A stretch of 64,000 nucleotides of DNA from Blastocladiella emersonii ATCC 22665. Lineage: Eukaryota; Fungi; Blastocladiomycota. The notes under the pieces are model-generated. The model was not told where the DNA came from. It ran no database searches and saw only the letters and a program-made list of their open reading frames with translations. The translations under genes were made by a program, and so were the position numbers. The stretch lies in assembly GCA_025594325.1 (NCBI GenBank), contig JANHCV010000006.1, forward strand, positions 868,001 to 932,000. The letters run 5' to 3'. Below, in pieces: positions 45,371-55,213 of this stretch; position 1 is the first letter of the stretch; each line of letters opens with the position of its first letter.

Positions 45371-48300
45371 CTACAATCCCTGCGGCTCCACCCCAATCCG
45401 CGCCGCCGTCGCCTCGGCCATACTTATTTCCACCGGTGGCGGCGGTGCCTGCCCGTCTGCCCTCGCCTCCTCGGACCCCGCAGCCGCGGCCGGCGCCTGC
45501 GCCTGCTTGTGCCGCCCGGCCATGAGCGCGCCCGAGAACAGGCCCGTGGAGTCGAGCAGCCAGTCGTACTCGGCAAACTCGCGGTCGAGGTCGATGTTGA
45601 GTGGCGGCGAGTCGCTGGTGGCGAACAGCTCGGAGGGCAGCGGGGGCAGCGACGCGGGGAGGGCGAAGAGCGACGCAAACTCCTCGTCCGTCATGTCCGC
45701 CGGGCTGAGACCCTCGAGCGGTGGCGGGACGTAGGAGGTGGTAGATGGGGCGGGGACGGGCGCGGGCACTGGAGCGGGGGCGCTGAGGAACGGCTGCTGC
45801 GGCTGCGGCTGCTGCTGCGTGGGCACGGGTGGTGGTGGTGGCGAGAACGGCGCGCTCACCTCAACGGCCGCGTTCGGGACGGCTCCCGCCGTGTGCATGC
45901 CGGGCACCAGGTTCGCGAGCGGGAGCAGCGCGAGCTGCGTGCCCTTGCCCGCGGTCGCGGCCATGGGCGTGCCGCCGACAGACCCGAGCCGCGGGAACGC
46001 CGCCGCCTGCGGCGAGAACACGGCCGCCGCGTTTCCGCCGCTGCCGTCCATGGCCTTGACGACGCGGAGCTCCTCGGCGAGCGCGGCCATAGCGAGCTCG
46101 GCCTCGGCCTTTTCGCGGTACATGTCGCCGGTCGTCGACGCGATGAGGGCCTGCTCGGCGGCGACCTGCTGGCTCGTGATCGCGTACATGGCGGCCTCGA
46201 GCGACGTGGTATCGGGCGGGACGCCGCTGGTGCTCTCAACTTTGAGGAGGAACTCGGTGGCGACGAGGCGGAGGAGCTGCGGGTAGTCGGTGGACAGGTG
46301 GCCGACGGCGTCGAGCATTTGGCAGCACAGGCGGAGCGCGTGGACGGCGCGGGCGCGACGCGCGGGCGTGGCCTCGATCAGGGCGAGGACGCCGGCCATG
46401 ATGTACATGGCGAGCTGCGACGCCTCGAACGGGTAGACGCGGGCCTCGGCGGCGTGGCGCAGGCAGATGGTCGGGATCGCGATGACGCACGTCTCGACGA
46501 TATTGAGAAAGTTCTCCTGCAGCGCCGCGTCGGCGCGCACGCGGCGCGAGAAGAGGAGCGGGCGGTACAGCGACAGCACCGCGTTGTAGTAGTTGACGTT
46601 GAGGAAGGCGACGTGGATCGACTGTGCGGGAACGGGCGCCGAGAAGTCGTGGACGAGGTGGCGCGGCAGGGACCGCTGGAAGTCGAGCAGCATGGCCTGC
46701 AGGTCGGGGAGCGAGTGCTCGAGCGTGCGCCGGTGGTGCTTGTGCCGGACGTTGTTGATGGCGCGCACGATCTTGCCCTCGATGTCGGCGAGGCGCACCT
46801 GCCACACGAACGGCGAGTCGGCGGGCTCGAGGTCCTCGTCGGGGAACCGCGCCCGGTTCTCGGGCGTGTCGAGGAACACGTCGATGCCGAGCGAGCACTG
46901 CTCGTTGGTCAGCAGCGACGGGCGGCCGAACGCGTTGCAGATCCCGTGGTCGAGCGTGAAGATGACGGCCCACACTTTGCCGTACGTGACAGCCTGCCGC
47001 GCAATCGACTCGGGCGCCTTTTCGCACAGCGCGCGCGTGTCGTTGAGACCGAGTTCGAATGCCATGCGAACTGCGAGGCCCGACGACTGCCACGCATTCG
47101 ACAAAAACGACGGCAGGTCGGCGACCGTGACGAGCACGCACGCCTGCACGTTCTCGATGTTGTTGAGGAACGAGAACATGCACTCGCCGAGCAGCTGCTT
47201 GGCGCGGTGCGCGAACGCGCGCGAGGCCGGGAACCGCGGCGCCGTGGTGTTGCTCGGGAGCGTGGCCGCGGACGCCGAGTGCTTGGCCGAGAGCCCGTAC
47301 CGGCGCTCGAACATGGCGGCGGCGACGTAGAGGAACGAGTATAGGAGAAAGTAGTGGGGCTGCTTGACGACGGCGCCGTTCTCGTCAAACACGTTGGTCC
47401 CCGCACGGCGCGAGGACGCGAAGCGCTGGTACGCGTCCATGCGGTCGAGGTGGTCCTGCAGCTGCTTGCGCGGGACGATCGGGACCCACTGGTGCAGGTT
47501 GCCGTAGTAGTAGTCGACGAGCATGTCGACGAGGTCGCGGTTCGACGGCCACAGGAACAGCGTGCGGTCGAGCAGCCGCGGGCCCGCCACGCAGTCGAGC
47601 TGCTTGTACACCGTGTACAGGTACCCGCCGCCCGGGCCCGACAGCGCGCGTGGGCTCACCTTGTCGAACAGGTGCATCCCCGACGTCTCGCCCATCATAT
47701 ACACGCCCTGCGGCTGCCCGTGGTCGTCGTGCATGACGTGGATCGCCATGTTGGACGCGTCGTCGTCGTCGGCGTCGTTGCGCCGCTGGATGACGACCGG
47801 GTAGATGGGGTTCGTGGTGGACGGCACCGTGGCAGAGGCGGGCTGCAGGCCGGGCGTGGGCGGTTCCGTGGACAGCGCGGGCGACGCGCTCGAGACCGTG
47901 CGAGGCGCGTCGCCATCGTGGGACCCCGCGCGGCTCGGCTCGCCGCTCGCGGTCGCCGACCGGTCGCCCCGCGACTTGCGCGTGCTGCCGGTCTTGGGCC
48001 CACGCTTCTTGGACCCCGAGAAGACGCATTCGGCGGCGCGCTCGTCGCCGCACCGCGAGCATGGCCGTTGCCCGTCGCACTTGACCTTGCGCTTCCTACA
48101 CCCGTATGAACTCAGCATCGGTTCACTAGTGCGGCAATCGTGGACCGCAGCGCACCGGCACGGGTCGCACGCCTCGGTGACGCGCCGGAGCCGCTTCTTG
48201 GCGCTGCCCTCCTCCTCCTCGCCGCCGCTCTCGCGGGGGTGCTGGCGATCGGCGGGTGGTGGAGCGTCAAGTGGCTGCGTCGGCGGTGGTTGCGTGGGCA

Positions 48301-48463
48301 GGAGTGACAGCGGTTCCGGCGGTGATGGCTGCTCCGTTGGCGATGCGAGCTGCGACGGGTGCGCTAGCGGCGCTGGTGCATGGTGATGGTGGTGCGGCTC
48401 CGGTTGCGCCGCGAGCTGGAGCGGGTCTGCTGGTGGTGGTGATGGTTGTTGCGAGAGCTCCAT
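45371..48463 (-). CDS. Zn(II)2Cys6 transcription factor with fungal-specific middle homology region
   Basis: ACDPCR|KRKVKCDGQRPCSRC...C; YMMGETSG; W...GLAVRMAFELGL; WAVIFTLD...FGRP. Confidence 0.93.
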   Translation of the reverse strand: MELSQQPSPPPADPLQLAAQPEPHHHHHAPAPLAHPSQLASPTEQPSPPEPLSLLPTQPPPTQPLDAPPPADRQHPRESGGEEEEGSAKKRLRRVTEACDPCRCAAVHDCRTSEPMLSSYGCRKRKVKCDGQRPCSRCGDERAAECVFSGSKKRGPKTGSTRKSRGDRSATASGEPSRAGSHDGDAPRTVSSASPALSTEPPTPGLQPASATVPSTTNPIYPVVIQRRNDADDDDASNMAIHVMHDDHGQPQGVYMMGETSGMHLFDKVSPRALSGPGGGYLYTVYKQLDCVAGPRLLDRTLFLWPSNRDLVDMLVDYYYGNLHQWVPIVPRKQLQDHLDRMDAYQRFASSRRAGTNVFDENGAVVKQPHYFLLYSFLYVAAAMFERRYGLSAKHSASAATLPSNTTAPRFPASRAFAHRAKQLLGECMFSFLNNIENVQACVLVTVADLPSFLSNAWQSSGLAVRMAFELGLNDTRALCEKAPESIARQAVTYGKVWAVIFTLDHGICNAFGRPSLLTNEQCSLGIDVFLDTPENRARFPDEDLEPADSPFVWQVRLADIEGKIVRAINNVRHKHHRRTLEHSLPDLQAMLLDFQRSLPRHLVHDFSAPVPAQSIHVAFLNVNYYNAVLSLYRPLLFSRRVRADAALQENFLNIVETCVIAIPTICLRHAAEARVYPFEASQLAMYIMAGVLALIEATPARRARAVHALRLCCQMLDAVGHLSTDYPQLLRLVATEFLLKVESTSGVPPDTTSLEAAMYAITSQQVAAEQALIASTTGDMYREKAEAELAMAALAEELRVVKAMDGSGGNAAAVFSPQAAAFPRLGSVGGTPMAATAGKGTQLALLPLANLVPGMHTAGAVPNAAVEVSAPFSPPPPPVPTQQQPQPQQPFLSAPAPVPAPVPAPSTTSYVPPPLEGLSPADMTDEEFASLFALPASLPPLPSELFATSDSPPLNIDLDREFAEYDWLLDSTGLFSGALMAGRHKQAQAPAAAAGSEEARADGQAPPPPVEISMAEATAARIGVEPQGL

Positions 48464-48789
48464 GGCAAATGCGGTGTGGAAGGGTGAAGGAGCGAGCGAG
48501 CGATGCACGTCGACGCGACAACAAACCGCGCGCGCATGTGCGCGAACAGGCGACGCGCCTTGACGCCGCTGCCAAGGATCGAACCCCGGGCTGCGGCGCC
48601 ACTTTCCCCCAAGGGTGATGGGCGTGGCAGCGCGCTCACCTGGGCTCAACAAATCCGGTCCGGCCCGAATGATTTTTTCACTTTGACCTCGATCAAGCTG
48701 GCGTGCCGTTCGACCCCTGCCTGCCTGCCAACGGATCGTCCAACGCATCGAGCCGCACTCCCTGCAACGCAACGCATCTGCATTTGACC

Positions 48790-49242
48790 ATGTCGTTCAA
48801 CGCCGCCACCCTCCGCAAGGTCGCCGAGGCCGGGATCCGCCGCGCCTCGACCCTCGCCTCGGGCGCCAACGCCCAGCAGGCCGCCGGCAAGATTGCCGCC
48901 AAGCTCGGTATGCGCATTCCGGGCTACCTGGCGTTGCGTGTGCCCGTGCGCTGACCCCAGCGTCGCTCGCATGTAGAGCCCGTCATCTACACCGGCAAGG
49001 TCGTGGCCGAGGTCGGCAAGCAGGTGTACCACGCCGAGAAGCTGGCGCCGCCCGCGCTCGCGACGCTGGCCGAGGCCCAGACGGTGGCGACCAACCTGGT
49101 CCAGGCCGTGCGCTCGGGCGCCTTCAAGAAGTGGTCCAACCAGGACCTCGTCAAGGGCTCGATCCTGGCCGGCGAGGCCCTCACCTTCTTCCTCCTCGGC
49201 GAGATTGTGGGCCGCCGCAGCCTCATTGGCTACGACGTCTAA
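48790..49242 (+). CDS. ATP20: Mitochondrial ATP synthase subunit g
   Basis: KVVAEVGKQVYHAEKLAPP...EALTFFLLGEIVGRRSLIGYDV; one intron. Confidence 0.95.
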
Positions 49243-49489
49243 GCTGTCTCTCCACAATGGATTGGTCTTCTTGCGTCCTTGCCCGCCCCCGCCCTCGTTC
49301 ATCCTTCTCCCCACCACCACCCTCCCCTCACGCCGCGCGCGCGCCCGTGTGTGTGTAACTATCTGGAAACACCTCAAAATATCTAGTTTAACCACCCTGC
49401 GTGCGCACGTCACCTTCACCGTCTGCTGGCCTCTGGATTCAGATGTGTGTCTATATTGCCGCGTCCTGGCGCGCGCTCGTTTCGCGAGA

Positions 49490-50244
49490 TCACTGCATCT
49501 TGTCGGCGAGCTTGACAGCCTGCTCCCAGATGGACGGCCCGTGCACCTTGGTCTTGGGGAACACGAGCCCCGCCGCGTACCGGATCACGACGTTGGTCAG
49601 GATGTAGATGAACGTGGCCGAGCACTCTACAAACCCTCGATCATCAGTCTCCATCCATCATCACGCAGTCGGCGCCGACGTACCGCGCGGGTCGCTCGTA
49701 TCGGGCAGCCCCTTATGGGTCATGCCGCGGATCAGCTGGAACGGCTCGAAGGGCAGCTTGGCGACGACGACGCCCTCGAACAGCGTGTTGAGCTGGGTGT
49801 AGGCGAGGACCAGGATCAGCACCGACGCGAGCGCGCCGCGCATCTGGAACCCGGACCCGCCGCGCTGCAGCTCCGACAGCTTGGTCTCGTAGATCTTGAT
49901 CTGCTGGCTCGTGCCCTTTTTGGTCGGGTTCGCCTTGGCCTTGAACACCTCGACTGGATGTGTGCGGGTTGTTAGCAGGGGCCGCGAGCGCGCGGTGAAG
50001 GCAGCAGCGTACACTGCGCCGCGACATCGGCCGACCGCTTCTTGATCTCCTGGTACTTGGGCTGGCGCCGGACGAGGTACCACTGCGCGGCTACATCATG
50101 ATGCGTGTTGGTACCCGGTACAGCGCACGGGGACCGAGCTCACCTACCCTCGGAGATGGCGCTGACCACGGCGGCGAACAGGATCACCTGGAAGAAGGGC
50201 ACGAGCGTGCTCTCAGCGGCAGCGGACGGCGCGGGCGTCGACAT
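49490..50244 (-). CDS. TMCO1: TMCO1 (Oxa1-superfamily ER insertase / CLAC channel)
   Basis: AISEAAQWYLV, LNTLFEGVVVAKLPFEPF..IRGMTHKGL, ECSATFIYIL; three introns. Confidence 0.9.
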
Positions 50245-50447
50245 GGTTTATGGGAATCCGTTGCTATGAGTGGTCGGGCGATCTCCTCAGGAAGTTCGCG
50301 CAGCAACGGGCAGAAGAGCGGCGCGCACGCGCGACACGGTGGCGAGGGCGCGCATCAGCTGATGCGAGGCGCGTCGATGGACGCCGTGTTGATCCGCGGC
50401 CCTGCGATGCTTGCTCTCTCTCTTGCAGCCTTGCACCAACGAAGCAA

Positions 50448-50866
50448 ATGTCATCGCAAGCATCTTCAGACTTTGTGCCCGACGTCGTCGACAACGTCGC
50501 GCCTTCGGTCGGGACCCCAGCGCCGCACCAGCACCGGACGCAGCAGCCGCGGCCGGCCCGCGATTACGACTGCCTGCCGTGCCGCCTGACGGGTCTGTCC
50601 CATGTCCTCGGACCGGGGAGTGTACCCTCCGCTGACTATGAGGGGAGAGTGTAGGCGCCACAGCACTCGGCGGCCTCGCGGCGTACGCCTTCTACAGCGC
50701 GACGAACGCGCCCGGCGCGGCGCAGCTGCCCATGAACCGGCGCGTGGCGATGGGCGTGTTGGGTGTGGGTGCGTAGCGCTGCTTTGACGGCTACGAGCGG
50801 GACTGACGACCGACCGAGCGGGGGATAGGTTTTGCGAGCGGCGCCGTGTTCCGGCTTCTCTTTTGA
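50448..50866 (+). CDS. DUF4536/DMAC1 (TMEM261)-like small mitochondrial membrane protein
   Basis: DYDCLPCRLTG|ATALGGLAAYAFY...GVLGV|GFASGAVFRLLF; CxxC followed by two Gly-rich TM helices; two introns. Confidence 0.7.
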
Positions 50867-50980
50867 ACGATACACACGCTTCACTCTCAACCGGAAACCA
50901 TGAAGTGCGAGCGAGCGAGGCGTTGCGCGAGGCGAGGGGACGTGTATTCACTCCGAGGGCTCAAAACGAGAGATCAGTAC

Positions 50981-51014
50981 ACGCACACGCACGCACACGC
51001 ACGCACACGCACGC
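50981..51014. repeat. (ACGCACACGC)x3.4 tandem repeat between convergent stop codons
   Basis: Three exact 10-mers plus ACGC. Confidence 0.9.
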
Positions 51015-51039
51015 GCGCGCCGCGCGTCGACCACAAAGC

Positions 51040-51678
51040 TCACCGGAAAATGTCCGTGTTGCGGAAGGACGAGTTGTCCTTGAGCGACTCATTGTGCTGC
51101 TTGTACTCGAGGACGGCCGTCTCGGGCAGCTGCAGCAGGGCCTTGATGGCGTCGCGGATGCGCAGCACCTCGGCGCCGTCGCCCGCGTGCGCTGTCCACA
51201 CGCTGAGGATGTCTTCGCTGCCGCGGATCGACAGCACGATGCCGTTGATGGGGTCCGTGAACTGCTCGCCGATGACGCCGAGGATCTAGGCGGGTGCGAG
51301 CGGGACGGGTGAGCTGCGAGTCAGGAACAGCAAGGGAGACGAACGCACCAAGTCCTCCCAGAAACGTTGCGACAGGCCCTTGCGCAGCCTGATCATCCAC
51401 TTGCCGCCGTGGATGTTCTCCTTGTCCTCCCACATGGGCCGCACGCCCGCCTTGAAGATCTGGAAGTCGGTGATGGGCGCAATCTCGCTTGGCCGCTTGA
51501 GGTGCGAGTACACGCGCCAGAACGCCTCGACCGTCGCAAACTCGCCCAGATTCTTGATCGCGTCCTCGTAGTTGGTGATCCGCTGCGCCGGCGTCCGGTG
51601 CGAGTAGTACACCGTCCACGCGTGCGCGAGCGCGTGCTCGCCCGCTGGACGCGCTGTCGTCATTGCAGGGTGATTCAT
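51040..51678 (-). CDS. EIF4E2: Class II eIF4E (4EHP/nCBP-like)
   Basis: HALAHAWTVYYS, NYED, TVEAFWRVYSHL, FKAGVRPMWED, GGKWMIRLRKG, RFWEDL, SVW; Tyr at the Trp43 and Trp56 positions; DNSSFRNT tail. Confidence 0.92.
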
Positions 51679-51928
51679 GGTGGTCGGTGTGCGGGCGTGC
51701 GTCGCGCTTGAGGGATAAGTCGAGGGCGGCGAAGTGAAGCGCGCGCGCAAGAGCAGGGAAAAGCGATCTCGAACGGGCCGTCACGTTGGACCAGAGACGG
51801 GTGGCAGACGCCCCGCCGCCTCGCCGCTTCACGTCACGGCGCGTCAGCCTTGCTCACCTTGCACCTCGCTCCGTAAGCTCTCTCTCTCCCCACAAACGAC
51901 CCTTCTGTGCAACGTAATCAAACGAACC

Positions 51929-53390
51929 ATGATGAGCAGCAACTCCGAGCAGCAGCCTGCCGCTGCTCCTTCCACCACCGAGCCCGAAACCACCGTGTCC
52001 GAGTTCGGCGCCGTGCGCGTCGTGCACAGCACCAAGCAGGCGCCGTCCAACGGCGCGCCCGCGCTCGCTGCGGCTGACGGCAAGCTGGTGCCCGTGTCCT
52101 CGGGTGGTCCGCAGGATCAGGACGACGATGACGAGGAGGAGGAGGACCACAGCGGCGACGAGGCGGCGGCTGCGCCCAACGGCGCTGGCGCCGCCGACGA
52201 CGACGTGCAGGTGACGACGGTGCACCCGGGAGAAGACGTAGACGAGTCCGAGTTCCTGGCCGAGGTGCCCGACGATGTGCCCGTACACGCCCCCACCCCA
52301 TCACGCACGCTCGCCGCGGTGTGCTCACCCCGCCCTCGCGTAGGAACTCGACCTGACGCACTGCCGGCTTCGCGACATGTCCGCGCTCGGGCTCGCGCGG
52401 TTCACGCACCTCGAGCGGCTCGGGATGCGCCAGAACCTGTTCCCGAAGATTGACGGCGTCGAGGCTCTCGCGCCGACGCTGCGCGAGCTCGACCTCTACG
52501 ATAACCGCATCGCCAAGTTTCACGCGCTCGAGCCGCTCGTCAACCTCGAGTACGGTTGTAACCGCTTTGCGCGGGACCTGTCGTGCTGACCCAACCGTGT
52601 AGGGTGCTCGACCTGTCGTTCAACAAGATCAAGCGGATCCCCGTCGGCGTGCTGGCGCAGATGAAGAACCTGACGGACCTGTACTTTGTCGCCAACAAGC
52701 TTGCCGAGATTGAAGGGCTCGAGGGGCTCGAGTCGCTGCGCAATCTCGAGCTCGGCGCGAACCGGATCCGCGTACGCTCCCTCCCCCACCCCGCTTCCCT
52801 CACATCCCGCCACTGACCCCCGCTTTGCTCGCCCGTAGACGATCCAAGGCCTCGAGCACGTCCCTCGGCTCGAGCAGCTGTGGCTGGGCAAGAACAAGAT
52901 CACGTCGCTGCAGGGGCTCGGCCACCTGCAGTCGCTGCGGCTGCTGAGCATCCAGAGCAACCGGATCGTGGACCTGGCCGGGCTCGAACACCTGGCCAAC
53001 CTCGAGGAGCTGTACCTGTCGCACAACGGCGTGCTGCGCATCGAGCACCTCGAGCACAACCCGAAGCTGCGCGTCCTCGACCTCTGCAATAACCGCATCG
53101 CTAAGCTCGAGGGCGTCAAGCATCTCGTGCATCTCGAGGAGCTCTGGGTACGTTACGTTTCCTCGTCGCGTGGGAGACGTCGCATTCATAACTCGTTGAT
53201 TTAGCTGTCGAACAACAAGCTCGACGACTGGACCGACGTCGAGAACGAGACCAAGGGCATGCCGAACCTCGAGACCATCTACCTCGAGGGCAACCCGCTG
53301 CAGGCCGCGGCCGGCGCTACGTACCGGCTCAAGGTCAAGACGCTGGTCCCACAGGTCAAGCAGATCGACGCCCAGTTTGTCCGCGCCTAG
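51929..53390 (+). CDS. SDS22: Protein phosphatase 1 regulatory subunit Sds22/PPP1R7 (LRR), multi-exon
   Basis: LERLGMRQN, LRELDLYDNRI, LDLSFNKIKRI, LYFVANKL, LELGANRIR, LWLGKNKI, LSIQSNRI, LYLSHNG, TIYLEGNPL. Confidence 0.95.
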
Positions 53391-53466
53391 CCGTCGTCGT
53401 TGCGTGCGTGTAAATTTTGATACTGATTGATATGTACAAGGATGGAAAGGGAGGGAATGAACACCA

Positions 53467-54840
53467 TTAGAACACAGCTGCCGCCGCAACACCACCGCCC
53501 CCATCGCTGCGACCCGCCCGCGCGCCCGCCGCCGCGCTGTACTTGCGGTACGCGTCGCCGACATCGTCGGCACTTGACGACGCCACGGCGTCCTCAGCGG
53601 CCATGCCGAGGTTGAGCCCGAGCCGCAGGCCCAGCGTGTCGAGGCCGTCCATCTGGCGCAGGTCCGGGTACCCGCCGAGCACGTTCTCAGTCTCGCGACC
53701 GTACTGGGCGGCCTCCTCCTCCCCATCGTCCGCCAGGTCGTCGGCCGAGATCCACGACCGCAGCTGCGAGAAGGGCCAGCGGAAGCTCGACGCGGATGCG
53801 GACGCGGACGCGGGCTCGACAGGGGGGTCAGGAGGGGCCGCGGCGGCAGTGTAGGTCGACGGCACGTAGTCGCGCGCGTTGTTGAAGGACCGGTGGTGGT
53901 TGTGCATGGACGCGTGCGACTGCGACCGCGGGAGCGCCGTGGCGAGCGAGAGCGCGGGGAACCGGTCGCTGTCCTCTTCCTCGTCGACGACCTGCTGCTG
54001 CGGTGGGCGCCGTGTAGGCGACGGGGACGTGCGGCGGCGGACGACGCGCGCGGGTGTCGGCGGGTGGTACTCGCTCGCCGCGGACGCGGATGAAGTGGTT
54101 GTAGCCGCGGGATCGTCGTCGACGTCGAGCAGCGCGCGCGCGACGAACGTGAACACTTTGCCGATGCCCCAGCCCCACCCGGCGCCGCCGGCGGACTCGG
54201 GCTCGGCGGCGAAAACGTCGTCGTCAGCGGCGGCGGCGGTAGCGGCAGGTACCTTGGAACGCGGCGGCGACGACGGTTTGTACGTCGCGACTAGCGCGGG
54301 CGAGGGCAGCGGCGACAATGCGCTCGACAGGTCCACGTCCTCGTCGTGCGCGCCGCGGCGGGCCGACACGAGGCCGGGGATGTGCGCGGCGACGACGACC
54401 GACGACGACGGCCCACCGCCTATCGGGAACAGGCCCGGCGAATCGTCGCTATCGTCGCTCGAGCTGCTCCCGCTCTCGTTGGCACTGCTGACGGAGCGGA
54501 CGCCGAGGTGCTGGGTGCCGCGGGCGGCAATCGTGTCCCAGGGCGTGGTGGCGGCGTGCGGCGACAGGGCGCGGTCGGACCCGACCTCGCTCCACGACGC
54601 CGACGATGCCCACGACACGGAGCCGTCGGCCTCGCCGTCCTCGTCGCCCGACGTGCAGCTCAGAACGCCGAGTTCGCTCGACTCGGAGGTCGCGGACGCG
54701 AGCGGCGCCGAGCCGAGTGGTGCGGAGACGAGGGTCGGTGAGGTCGACGTCGACGAGGTCGTGGACTGCGTGCTCGCGTGGCGCGCGGGACCCGGTGGGG
54801 GCAGCGGCGCGGTGCCGCGGCGGCGGGCCAGGTCGGACAT
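53467..54840 (-). CDS. Hypothetical Ser/Asp-rich, largely disordered protein, intronless
   Basis: Long open frame from MSDLARRR; a few aromatic islands (WGWGIGKVFTF, FRWPFSQLRSW); no family recognised. Confidence 0.6.
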   Translation of the reverse strand: MSDLARRRGTAPLPPPGPARHASTQSTTSSTSTSPTLVSAPLGSAPLASATSESSELGVLSCTSGDEDGEADGSVSWASSASWSEVGSDRALSPHAATTPWDTIAARGTQHLGVRSVSSANESGSSSSDDSDDSPGLFPIGGGPSSSVVVAAHIPGLVSARRGAHDEDVDLSSALSPLPSPALVATYKPSSPPRSKVPAATAAAADDDVFAAEPESAGGAGWGWGIGKVFTFVARALLDVDDDPAATTTSSASAASEYHPPTPARVVRRRTSPSPTRRPPQQQVVDEEEDSDRFPALSLATALPRSQSHASMHNHHRSFNNARDYVPSTYTAAAAPPDPPVEPASASASASSFRWPFSQLRSWISADDLADDGEEEAAQYGRETENVLGGYPDLRQMDGLDTLGLRLGLNLGMAAEDAVASSSADDVGDAYRKYSAAAGARAGRSDGGGGVAAAAVF

Positions 54841-55213
54841 GGTTGCGTAGGGCGGATGAAGTTGATGCGTTGCGTTGAGAGTGAGAGGTTGAGGAGCGAG
54901 GGCAGCGGGCGAGGGGACGGGTCCGGTTTTGAGGTCCGCCGAGCTGCGCGCACCACCACGCGCGCGTGCTGTTCTCTTCAAGCCTCCGAACAACGAGCGA
55001 GCACGCGAATGAACGAACGGGCAACGCAGCGCAACATGAGAACGGCGAGGCGCTGGGTCCCATGTCCCGCGTCGGGGAATCTGCGCCATTCGGTGCGCCA
55101 CGCCTCATCCGCGCGTGGCGGTGCGGCGCAACGCGACTCGCAGCGCGCCACGTGAGCGCTGCAGCTGCGCAAGGCGACGCGTTGATCATGAGCCAAGGAA
55201 GGGTATATTATTA

